A stretch of 63,070 nt of DNA, counting the filler, from Welwitschia mirabilis (taxonomy: Eukaryota): the NCBI GenBank assembly GCA_051453625.1. It is 6 parts of one record of this genome, joined end to end, with 100 filler letters (N's around TTAATTAATTAA, not from the genome) between each part and the next. Parts side by side here need not be neighbours in the genome. Positions count along the whole stretch, not along the records: positions 34,213 to 45,716 come from JBOZIK010000001.1; positions 45,817 to 49,846 come from JBOZIK010000001.1; 4 more parts are not named here. One strand, 5' to 3'. The translations under genes were made by a program, and so were the position numbers. Below the pieces are notes generated by a model. The model ran no database searches, was not told the origin of the DNA, and saw only the letters and a list, made by a program, of their open reading frames with translations. Positions 36,782 to 49,354 of this stretch are shown in pieces. Within the stretch, counting starts at the first letter, position 1. Every line of letters begins with the position of its first letter.

Positions 36782-39700
36782 GCACACAATGCTATTGAGT
36801 TAAAATTAACATTTAATTTGGTGATCAAATTTGTCTCAGCTAGTGTTAAACCATGTATAAACTTGATGAGAGTGTGGGTAGTCTCGTCTCAAGTCAAGGT
36901 TTTAGCTATGGTACATAAACTAATTATTTCTATTTTTCAATTGAAAGAGAACCAAACCAAGTTTTTGAGGAAGGCTTATGGTTCTTTGAAGTCCCAAGGT
37001 TACCTTCACTTCTTACATACCAAGTGTGAAACTAAATAAAAACTTGTTTTCTATGGTTCTAGTCAAAGGCAACTGGTTGATTCACCTCTAGAGTTTTGCT
37101 AGCATTCTTCTCTAAAAAACATTAACAAAATCTTTGAGGATCTAATGAAAACTAAATCAATTAGAATTAAATACTTCAAGTTTATTTTAACTAGATTTTG
37201 TATTTGGAGGACAATTGAAAACATCATAAAGTAGATGAAAGTTATAATTCAATCCAAGTGGGGGAAGGTAGAAGTTGAACTGGAATTTTAAAATGGCTTA
37301 ATCTTGTTCTCTTCCTTTATAAGGTAGAACATATTGCAAAATACTCAAAGGAAGTTAAGAAGAATCCCTTAATAATAGCTAACCAGACCTAAGACTTCAA
37401 AGAGTTAAGAAATAGCAAGAGGAAATCCATCTAGATGGTCTTTTTGATTTGAAATTTGCTAATAAATTTGATGCTCTCATAAGCTTGGATGGCACTAATG
37501 AAAATATTTAAATAGATAAAGAACCACTTGTAAAATTTGCCTTTTTAAAACATAGATCTTAAGCAACCCTTAATAACTAACAAGAATGAGGTTGTCCAAA
37601 GTAATGAGGACAAAGAAAAGCTCCCTTAGTAGAGAATTTGGTAGAGGATTTAATATAATTTTTTAAGTGTATAAGGACAATCGAGTTATGCAATGGATGT
37701 GGACAAAAGAGTAAGTCATGACATTTACGAATCTTTACAAAAGAAGATAACTAAAATATTCCAAATAGTCTGGGATTTGTCTCAAGATGATTTTTAGAAT
37801 TAAGAATTAATATGCAAATAAAATAATCCAAATAAATAAAAGCAATGACAGTATACACCTACTATAGCAAGATGTGAGTTTTGTCATGAAAGTATTGGGG
37901 CTTACATGAACCATGAATAATAAACTTTCTTATCATTTTAATCCATGAGATAATATGATAGTTATTTAGTAAACTAAGGTTCACAATGTTCATGTCAAAC
38001 TTAGGTGAATGATAAGAGTTTGGCTATGCTTACACTAAGATGATGTCATTAGGTCATGTTTAATATCCAATATCATCATTTTTTTAATTTCAAGTACTTT
38101 GATTGTTAGAACTTAGTTTTTATTAACTTTAGAATTATGTGCTACATTTTATGTTAATGCAATGCAATGACATACATCCCCTTTCTTGTCATTCCCATGC
38201 AAGGAACATGCAAGTTGGTATATTATAAATTTTCCTCACTTTTTGAAAAATGGAACACAATGCTACTAAGTTAAAATTAAAATCTAATTTGGTGGTTAGA
38301 TTTACTTCCGCTAGTGCTAAACCATGTATAACCTTGGTTAGAGGGTGGGTAACCTAACAAAGTTTAGTCTCTCAAGTTAAGTTTTTAGCTATGGTAGATA
38401 GACTAATGATTTTATTTTTTAATGGAAACAGAGCCAAACCAAGTTTCTGAGGGAAGGCTTATGGTCATTTAAAGTCCCAAGGTTAGCTCTACTTCTCAAA
38501 TAGCAGGTTTGCAACTAAATAAGGACTTGTTTTCTATGGTTTTAATCAAGAGCAACTCGTTGGTTTACCTCTAGAGTTTTGAGAGCATTGTTTTCTAGAA
38601 AACATTGTGAAAATATTTAGAGATCTAATGAAAAACAAACCAAACTAGATTTTGTATTTGAATGACATGTGAAAACATCATAGAATAGAAGGAAATTATA
38701 ATTATATTTAAGTAAGAAAAGGTAGAAGTTGAAGTGGAACTTTAAAATACCTTTATCTTATTCTCTTCATTCATAAGGTAGAACATAATGCAAAAATACT
38801 ATAAAGAAGCTAAGAAGAATACCCTACTAATAGTCAATCAAACCCAGGACTTCAAAGAGGTAAAAAATAGCAATAGAAAGCCCATTTGAATGGTAGTTTT
38901 CTAGTTAACTTTGCTAGTAAATTTGATGCTTTCATAAGCCTGGATAGCACTAATGAAGATATCTATAAAGAGAAATAACAACTTGTAAAATTTTCCTGTC
39001 TCAAACATTGAGTTTAAGTAACCCCAATAGCTGACAAGAATCATGTTATCCAAACTAAGGAGAATAAAGAAAGAATCTCTTGTTAGAGGATTTGGTAGAG
39101 GATTTAATATAACTTTTTGAATGTAAAAAAAAAAAATCGAGCTACATAATAGTCTAGGATTTCATAACATTTATGAATCTTTACAAAATAAGGTGACTAA
39201 AATATTCCAAATAGTCTAGGATTTCTCTCAAGATATGTTTTAAAATTAGGGACTAACATATGAATAAAATAATCCAAATGAAAAATATCAGTGAGAGTTG
39301 CACATCCACTATAACAAGAAGTAAGATATGAGTTTTGTCATGAAATTACATGGGCTTGGGTAACCATCAATAATAAAGTTTCTTATCACTTTAGTCCATG
39401 AGATAAACTCAATATGATGGTTTTTCAGTAAACTAAGTTTGATAGTGTTTATGTTAACCTTAAGGGAATGATAAGAGTTTGGCTATGCTTGCATTAAGAT
39501 GATGTCATTAAATTATGTTTAATATCCAATATCATCATTGTTTTTTACTTAAATTCCTTTGATTGTTAGAACTTAGTTTTTATTAAGTTTAGAATTATAT
39601 GATACATTTTATGTTGATGCAATGCAATAAAATACATCCCTTTTTTTGTCATTCCCATGTAAGGAACATGTGAGTTTGTGTATTAGAAATTTTTTCCCTC

Positions 39701-42630
39701 ACTTTTTGAAAAAGGCACACAATGCTATTGAGTTAAAATTAAACTTTAATTTGATGGTCAAATTTATTTCCATTACTGCTAAACAATGTATAAACTTGAT
39801 AAGAGTGTGGGTAGCCTAAAAAAATTAGTATTTCAATTTAAGCTTTTAGCTATGAAAGAAAGACTAGTTGTTTTGCCTTTCAATGGAAAGATAATGAAAC
39901 CAAGTTTTTGAGGAAAGGCTTATGATTGTTTAATGTCCCAGGTTCAGGCCTTACTTCTTAAATACTAAGTTTGTAACTAAATGACAACTTATTTTCTATA
40001 ATTATAGTCAAGAATAACTAGTCGGTTTACCTCTAGAATTTTGGGAGCATTCTTTTCAAGAAAATGTTGTCAAAAACTTTGGAGATTTGATAAAAATTAA
40101 ACCAAACTAAATTTTTTATTTGAATGACAATTAAAAACATCATCAAATAGAAGAAAACTATAATTCAGTATAAGTAAGGAAAGGTAGAAGTTAAAGTGGA
40201 ATTTTAAAATGCCTTGATCTTATTCTCTTCCTTCATAAGGCAGAACATATTGCAAAATACTATAAGAAAGCTAAGAAGAATCCCCTAATAACAGCCAACC
40301 AAGTCTAAAACTTTAAAGAGGTAAAAAATATTAATATGAAGCTCATCTAAATGGTTGTTTCCTATCAGAATTTTTCTAGTAAATTTGATGCTCTTGTAAG
40401 CTTGAATGGCACTGATGAAGATATCTAAACTGATAAAGAACCACTTGTAAAATTTTTATATTTCAATGATTCACTTAAAGTAACATACAATAGCTAATAA
40501 AAATGAGGTTGTTCAAACTAAGAANNNNNNNNNNNCATGACATTTATGAATCTTTACAAAACAAGGTAACTAAAATATTTTAAATAGCCTAGGATTTCTC
40601 TTAAGATATGTCTTAGAATTAGGAACTAACAAATAATAAAATAATCCAAATGAAAAAAAATCAGTGAGAGTTCACATCCACTACAACAAGAAGTAAGATG
40701 TGAGTTTTGTAATGAAATTATAGGGGCTTAGGTGAACCATGAATAAGAAAGTTTCTAATCATTTTAGTTCATGAGATAAATTTGATATGATGGTTTTTTA
40801 AGAATCAAGTTTGATAGCGTCTATATTAACCTTATGGGAATGATAAGAGTTTGGCTATGCTTACATTAGAATGATGTCAGGAGATTATGTTTAATATCTA
40901 ATATCATCATTGTTTTTTTTACTTTAATTTGTTTGATTTTTGGAACTTATTTTTTATTAATTTTATAATTATGTGCTACATTTTATGGTAATGCAATGTA
41001 ATAACACACATCCCCTTTCTTGTCATTCCCATGTAAGGAACATGCGAGTTGGTGTATTAGAAATTTTTTCCGTCACTTTTTCAAAAAGGCACACAATGCT
41101 ATTAAGTTAAAATTAAAATTTAATTTGGTGGTGAGATTTATTTCTGCTACTACTAAACCATGTAAAAATTTGATGAGAGTGTGGATAGCCTAACAAAGTT
41201 TAGTATCTCAAGTTAAGTTTTTAGCTGTGATAGATAGAATAATTATTTTTTTTAAGATGACCAAATCCAATTTTTTAAGGGAGGCTTTTGGTCCCTTAAT
41301 ATCCCAGGGTTAGCACACTAAATAAGGACTTGTTTTTATGCTTTTACTCAAGAATAACTAGTTGGTTTATCTCTATAGTTTTAGGAGCATTCTTTTCTAG
41401 AAAACGTTGTTAAAATATTTGAAGAATTGATGAAAATTAAACAAAACTAGATTTTATATTTAGATGACAATTAAAAACACTGTAAAGTAGAAGAAAATTA
41501 TAATTCAATCTAAGTAAGGAAAGGTAGAAGCTAAAGTGGAATTTTAAAAGGCATTGATCTTATTCTCTTCCTTCATAAGGCATGACATATTTTTAAATAC
41601 TATAAGGAAGCTAAGAAGAATCCCCTAATAGTAACCAACCAAACCTAAAACTTTAAAGAGGTAAAAAGATATCAGNNNNNNNNNNNNNNNNNNNNNNNNN
41701 NNNNNNNNNNNNNNNNNNNNNNNNNNNNNNNNNNNNNNNNNNNNNNNNNNNNNNNNNNNNNNNNNNNNNNNNNNNGTTAAAAATATCAGTAGGAAGCCCA
41801 TCTAAATGGTTGTTTTCTATCAAAATTTTTTTAATAAATTTGATGCTCTTGTAAGCTTAGATGGCACTAATGAAGATATCTAAAGTGATAAAGAACCACT
41901 TGTAAAATTTGCCTATTTCAAACATTAAGTTGAAGCAATCCACAATAGCTAACAACAATGAGGTTGTTCAAACTAAGGAGAACAAATAAAGGCTCTATTA
42001 TTAAAAGATTTGGTAGAGGATTTAATATAACTTTCTAATATAAAAGCACAATCGAGCTACGTACTAGATTTAAATAAGAGAGTATGTATCATAGCATTTA
42101 TAAACCTTTATAAAATAAGGTAACTAAAATATTCCAAATAGTCTAGGATTTGTCTCAAGATACATTTCAAAATTAGGAACTAACATACAAATAGAATAAT
42201 TCAAATGAAAAAAAGTAGTAAGAATTCACATCCACTATAATAAGAAGTAAGATGTGAGTTTTGTTATCAAATTATAGGGGCTTAGGTAAACCATGAATAA
42301 TAAAGTTTATTATCATTTTAATCCATTGGATAAACTTGATATGATAGTTTTTTAGGAAACTAAGGTTGATAGCATTCATGACTACCTTGGGGAAATGATA
42401 AGAGTTTGGTTAGGCTTGCACTAAGATAATGTCCTTAAATTATGTTTAATATCTATTATCATCATTATTATTTATTTAAAGTGCTTTGATTATTAGAATC
42501 TAGTTTTTATTAAGTCTATAGTTATGTGTTGCATTTTATGTTAATGCAATGTAATACCACACATCCCCTTTCTAGTCATTCCCATGTAGAAACACGTAAG
42601 TGTATTAGAAAATTTTCCCCTCACTTTTCT
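36782..42630. repeat. Tandem array of four ~1.45-kb units
   Basis: The unit marker CACAATGCTAYTRAGTTAAAATTAA occurs at ~36785, 38256, 39718 and 41092. Units are colinear throughout and visibly diverged. The array ends at CCTCACTTTTT ~42629. Confidence 0.95.
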
Positions 42631-42949
42631 AACCTTAATAGGATTCTTTTCACTTTATTTTGTAATTGTTTATACACAAAATCATAGTATGCCATTAGTC
42701 AATTTAGTTATGCATTGAGGATATGAATGACATTTTTGATAATTTTTACTCAAGTTATATTTTCTTTTTTTTTATTTTAAAGGCTATTTTTCTCATCCTA
42801 ACCTACAATCTATTGTTTGAGTTTTGCAAAATATTAAGCCAACATCAAAATGTTATTAAAATATAATATCAAATGGGGGTAAATTACATTCATTATTAAA
42901 ATATTTCAATAATAGAAATATACTCAGTGTACATCACAAGGCATCAAGT

Positions 42950-43900
42950 TTTTAAATTAAAGCCTAATAAAACAAAGATCATTAGTGCTCCATAAGGTGC
43001 TAAGACATATATACATTTAAATCATCAAAAAACATTAAATATTATATCAATGGCAGAAATATTTCTAACAATTATCATTATCAACAAGAAAACATTAACA
43101 TGTCATAATTTACTAATATCATTTAAGAGAAAAATGACTTAAGTTAATGTCTTAGATTGTATGAGATAAAGTGTAATAACATTAATCTTAACATTAGCCT
43201 TATTTATAGGACTACTGATATAACTATCAAGTAAGCATTGATTTTTAGCTATTTTTTTATGGTGTTAAAATAAGACCATTAAATACATCATCCCTATTAA
43301 AAATTAGAGATGATTACAAGATCAAGTTGCCTTTGTGACTAGAGTTCCAAATGATGAAAGAGACAATATCCAACATTTTTAATATCATGTTGAGGCTAAC
43401 AACCACTAGAGAAATTATGATATAAAGTTTCACATACATCCTCTATATGATTTTTTTAAAGAACATGAGGTATGTACTTATGATAGTTCTTCAAGAACAT
43501 ACCTTTATCTATGATACAAGATTAGTAAACGTTTTAAGGAGAACCAAGTTTAAGAACCTACCCATCATGGAGAATGATTTCGAGAAAGCATCTTGAGGTC
43601 ACATTTACTAACTCAAGTTCAAGTAGTAAGTTTGATCTTCTATGTATAAAACCTGAAGATCATTTAATCTTTAGATATTATGAATTTTATTATAAGATGA
43701 CCAAAATTTTGAAGAATAGAAGTAATCTTACATAGCACATAGTTTAAAAGGTAAGACTCATAATAGATGTAAATAAATAAATATAGGAGATGATTAGGAT
43801 AATCCCATTGGTACATTTAGAACTAAGATAGCTATGTCTTTTGTAATTTAACTTTATAGTTACTATTCTAGTTATGAAGACAAACAAGGTAAAACAACCA
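42950..43900 (-). mobile_element. Probable MULE/MuDR transposase relic
   Basis: Minus-strand traces in order: S*TWFS (SWxWF), LVS*.DKG (SDRxKG), IPHVL*KNH (HxxCxxH), then SWIM-like TC*C...CH near 43050-43105. Confidence 0.45.
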
Positions 43901-46900
43901 ATAACTTTAGACTTATTTATTTTCAAGAAATGGAATAAAAATCTCTATCTTTATTTAAGGTTCCATCAAATTGTTTGTGCTCTTAGGAGGGTTGATAATG
44001 ACTGACACTATCTATGATACTTAGTATATTTCAATATCTAGAGTCAATTGGTTCACTAACTTTATTTCACATTGTATTAATAGTTGGAATAAAATGATGT
44101 GTGTATTTCATAATTGCATGAGTCTACATGAAAAATGCTTGTGATAAAACTTAAATTAAATATTTAAGCAGCCATAGTATGAGAACATGAGATGATTTAA
44201 TTAGTTTCCTTTTTCTTAGCCATTACAAAGCTTTAGGTTGATTCAACATTCGTGTGGAGGCTTTTAAATGGAATAAAATTAGAAATAAAAAAGTACATAA
44301 ATATGCTCATACAAAACCAGACTAATAAGAAGATAAGTCATAAGTTATGGGACTTTATGAAAGGATTATTAAAAAGCAAAAAAAAAAAAAAAAGTGGAAG
44401 TCGTATAATAATAAAGATGAATATAATAGGGATTCATATGTCAAAAGAAAAACAAAATTAAAAAAAAAGGATATTCCTAAAGATATCATTTCATAAATAA
44501 TCATAAGAGAAATAGAAATTTAAAAGCTTAACAGTAATATTAATAAAATTTTTATAAAGATAGATATGAATCCTTCATAAAAAATAGTACAAATTCAAAG
44601 GCTTTAATAGCAACAACCGAATTAATAGTAGGGTATCAACTTAGGCATTTATTAAAGATGATGAGAAATGCACATACTATGTTCTTACATACATTTCAAA
44701 TGATTATCTAATTGTTGCTTAATTTATGGAGTTGTGTGATCAATTTGGGATTAATGCACTTAATCCTAAGATGTATAAGACGTAGGGGAATCCAAAAGTA
44801 CCATATTCTTGAATGTCATCTTACCCAACTAGCATTAGATCCTTATCAATGAATGATTATAAGCAATAATAGATGAAACCTCTAACATGGTAACATCACC
44901 AACATAATCCACTTAGCACCCTAGTCCCTATGGTGATTACTACAACTTAACTTTTATTATATTTTACAATCTTTGATGGATATACCCTAGTGATCAAGGT
45001 ATATGTAGAAGTCTTAAATTTGGATAACTAGGATATTTAGTTGTAGTATAGTTGATCTTACTTATTCTTCTATCTTCAAAATTATAAATAAGCTTCATAG
45101 TTCACAAGGGTTTAGGTTATGAGATATAAGATTTGATTTAATTCTAGATAGAAATTGATTAAAAAAGGAATTAAGAAAGTCAAGATTTTAAGGATNNNNN
45201 NNNNNNNNNNNNNNNNNNNNNNNNNNNNNNNNNNNNNNNNNNNNNNNNNNNNNNNNNNNNNNNNNNNNNNNNNNNNNNNNNNNNNNNNNNNNNNNTATAA
45301 GAGGTAGAGGAAACCAAAAGTACCATATTCTTGAATGTCATCTTACCCAACTAGCACTAGATCCTTATCAATGAATGATTACAAGCAATAATAGATGAAA
45401 CCTCTAACATAGTATCATCACCAACATAATCCACTTAGTACCCTAGTCTCTATGGTGATTACTACAACTTAACTTTTATTATATTTTACAATCTTTGATG
45501 GTTATACCCTAGTGATCAAGGTATATGTAGAAGTCTTAAATTTGGATAACTAGGATATTTAGTTGTAGTATAGTTGATCCTACTTATTCTTCTATCTTCA
45601 AAATTACAAATAAGCTTCATAGTTCACAAGGGTTTAGGTTATGAGAAATAAGATTTGATTTAATTTTAGAGAGAAATTAATTAAAAAAGGAATTAAGAAA
45701 TTAAGGATAAAATATCNNNNNNNNNNNNNNNNNNNNNNNNNNNNNNNNNNNNNNNNNNNNTTAATTAATTAANNNNNNNNNNNNNNNNNNNNNNNNNNNN
45801 NNNNNNNNNNNNNNNNAGTTCTTAAATCATAATTTTGCTTTTCATTTTAATGTGATGGGAAAGATAACCATATAAGTGTGATCACTAATTTTTTTTTTAA
45901 TCATTTCCAAAAGTAAGCACTAATTATTCAATGTTGGCTATATGTTGGAAAGAATCATCATCATTTAATCTATTAAAAATAGGTAAGCATTTAAATTCCT
46001 TAACTCAACATCATTACTAGGAGATAGGTTAAAACGATTTTAGATTTTATGTTTTTTATTTGCACTTAGTTCTTTAAGGGTGATATTAGCATTTGGATTT
46101 ATAGGGGTAGTAGAGGTTTTAATCACACTGGGGGGATTAGGTAAAGCAACCTGTTTCTTTTTTTGTGATGAATTTGATATTATAATAAAATGACTTTCTT
46201 CTAAATTTTTAAATTTTTTTGTGGAAAAATCAAATTCAGAAATAATAAATGTAGAAAAATGTTGTTACTCAATTCTTAGAATATTTTGCATATTTAGGGT
46301 GTGTGTATATAGGATAAGTTCAGAGTTAATCAAACCTTCTTAGATGTTTTTTTCAATCAACAGTCACTCTTTCTCATATTTCATATTTTTATTGGAGTTT
46401 AGNNNNNNNNNNNNNNNNNNNNNNNNNNNNNNNNNNNNNNNNNNNNNNNNNNNNNNNNNNNNNNNNNNNNNNNNNNNNNNNNNNNNNNNNNNNNNNNNNN
46501 NNCATTTAAACTCCTTAACTCAACATCATTACTAAGAGATAGGTTAAAAGGATTTTAGATTTTATGTCTTTTATTTGCAATTAGTTCTTTAAGGGTGATA
46601 TTAGCATTTGGATTTACAGGGGTAGTAGAGGTTTTAATCACATTGGGGGGATTAGGTAAAGCAACCTGTTTCTTTTTTCTTGACAAATTTGATATTATAA
46701 TGAAATGACTTTCTTCTAAATTTTAAATTTTTTTTTGGAAAAATCAGATTCAGAAATAATAAATGTAGAAAAATGTTCTTACTCAATTCTTAAAATATTT
46801 TGCATACTTAGGATGTGTGTATATAGGCTAAGTTCTGAGTTAATCAAACCTTCTTAGATGTTATTTTTCAATCAACAGTCACTCTTTCTCATATTTCATA

Positions 46901-49354
46901 TTTTATTGGAGTTTATCATGTCTCAGCATGTTTAGTTTTATTTTTGAAAATGTTGTCTCAGTGATCATCTAGATTGTGTACTTAGACAACAATAGACATA
47001 AAAAACTCAAAAATGAAAAAAAAAAGAATCGCAAAATAACACAAAATAAAAACTGACTGTCATCTAGATGAAAGAGGGGATGATAAGATAAAAATTTTAG
47101 TTATTAAGAAAATGAAAAACCCTAAGTTTCATAGGCCATTGTCACTGCAGGTCATCTGCATGACAGGGGGGAAGACGGCACATTATTTTTGGAATGCAAA
47201 ACAAAAATGCAAGGGCTGTATTTTATTGTGGTTTCTTCATTTTTACATGCCAAACCTATACATGTCATTGTTCTTGTTACAATATGGGGTTGTATGTCCC
47301 AATATCATCTTGATGAAGAGTTGTAAGTGATTCACTATGAGAAATTTATGGAACATATAAGGCAATAACATCATCCCCATTCCGTATTAAGCTTACTAAT
47401 GTTGAAGGGAGGATATAGCAAATTTTCACTATGTATAATATCGTTGAAAACAAATCCAAGGATAATTTATGACAATACAATTAGAGACACAATGACATCA
47501 ATGATAGCATAAGTACAAAATTTTAAAAGAAATTGAAAGAAATAAGCAAGAAAGAGAGAGAACATAGAGATAATGTAGCTGAGAGAAGAACACAATAAAG
47601 ACTGCATTGCAAGAGATCCAAAAATACATATGGAACCAGTGCAAATGCAGAAAATGATGCATTTTAGAGAGGATGATCATTAAAAAAATCACTCACCATT
47701 AGAGAGTCAAAACTAGTGGATGAAAAATACTTTTTTTTTCTTAATTTAAATACTAGTAGATCATTCCCCTCCATTAGTTAAATGCCTTTCTAAAGCAAAC
47801 TATTATGTTTTGATTGTATATCATATATATGTTACATTTGTATTGAAAAAATAAATAATAGATGTCTACATGCAAATTATTCCATCGACACGTTCTTTAC
47901 TTTATAAGTTTTATTTGAATTTATTTCTATGATTCCCTATAAAATTCTCTCTATGTGAATTTAATTATGTCTTTCATATTCATGCCTCCTCTAATATTAT
48001 TTCTATAATATTTGAAGTCATTCTAGATTTTTGGTTGATTAATTAATTTCAATTGTTATTGCTTATTTTTCTTCATCCATTCCTCCAAACTGGAGAAATC
48101 TAATTTTGAAAATATTGTCTATTCACTCAAAAAAAGGATAGTCTACTCAAAATAAACCATCATTAAATAAGCTCATGTTAAAATCATAAAATGTTTTTAA
48201 GTTTATTACCTTGTCTTAAATGTTCTTTTGAATCATTTTTCTTTTTGTCAATATTCATATCTATAAATGAAAACTTTACCACTTGTATTGATGTTCTTTT
48301 TGATTTCATAGACTCATGCATAAAAATTTACATGACTTCTCTCTTAGTTTATTACACCTCATGTGACTTTAGCCATTACACTCTTAAGCCACATGGCCTT
48401 CATGATCTTAAACCTTTATCCATACACCACCTTTATAGAACTCTTTAGTTTAAAAATTTTATATTAATTACATAACTTTAGGCTATATCTTTCTTTTAGA
48501 TTAGGCATAAGATGGGTAGATCCTTGCATAATAAAATTAGTGTTTGGTGTATTTCATAAGGCCACTCAAGCACTATTAATAGTTAACCATTGCCTTATGC
48601 CATTTCACTTAGGAAATCCAAATTGCACCCATTCCATAGAATAATCCATTATTGCATTAAACCTCACCATTCATTCCTTCCATATTAGCTTTATGTCATA
48701 AGGCTAACTGACCATCCTCCTCTTTCATACACTTGTGATCTTCTAGGACTTCATGACCTAGGTTAATGTCCTTTAAAAATTAATCCAATAATAAGTGATC
48801 CTTTTTTTTAATGATGTTTTAATTGAGATTAAGTTCACTTATATTTTTTAAGAGGAAGTTATGCTTGTTTTGAGTCATGTTGCTAATATTAGCTTTTATT
48901 TGATGGCTTCAATGTAATAAAATAAAGGGATGAAAATGCAGAATATAGTTTTATGATTGTATCTTTTGTTTTCTAGCATTTGTGGGAACAAGATCATTTG
49001 TTAATTAGGCTTATAAGCTAATGAACCCTCCTACTTGCATTAAAAAATGTATATGAAAAATATAAATAAAAGGAAAAATAACATTTGTTTTCCAAAATAA
49101 ATTATTTTTAATCAATTTTATTAGGCTTAATTAACTACATTGGGGTTATGGATTCTCACTAATAAGGTAGATCTAATGATCTATTTTATGATGCATTCAA
49201 CTACATTTGGGCTATAAATATAGACACTCACTAGTAATATAGCACTTAATTCTTCGAGAATAGTAAGCTTAGCTCTATTGGAAGAAATGCCATAATACTA
49301 GATGCTCAGTAAGATTAAAATGCTTAAAAAAAAGGTACATATGACTATGAAAAG

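Noticed and set aside
36782..42630. CRISPR-like or prokaryotic defence array
   Set aside because: The units are ~1.45 kb and colinear with no unique spacers, there are no cas genes, and the context is eukaryotic.
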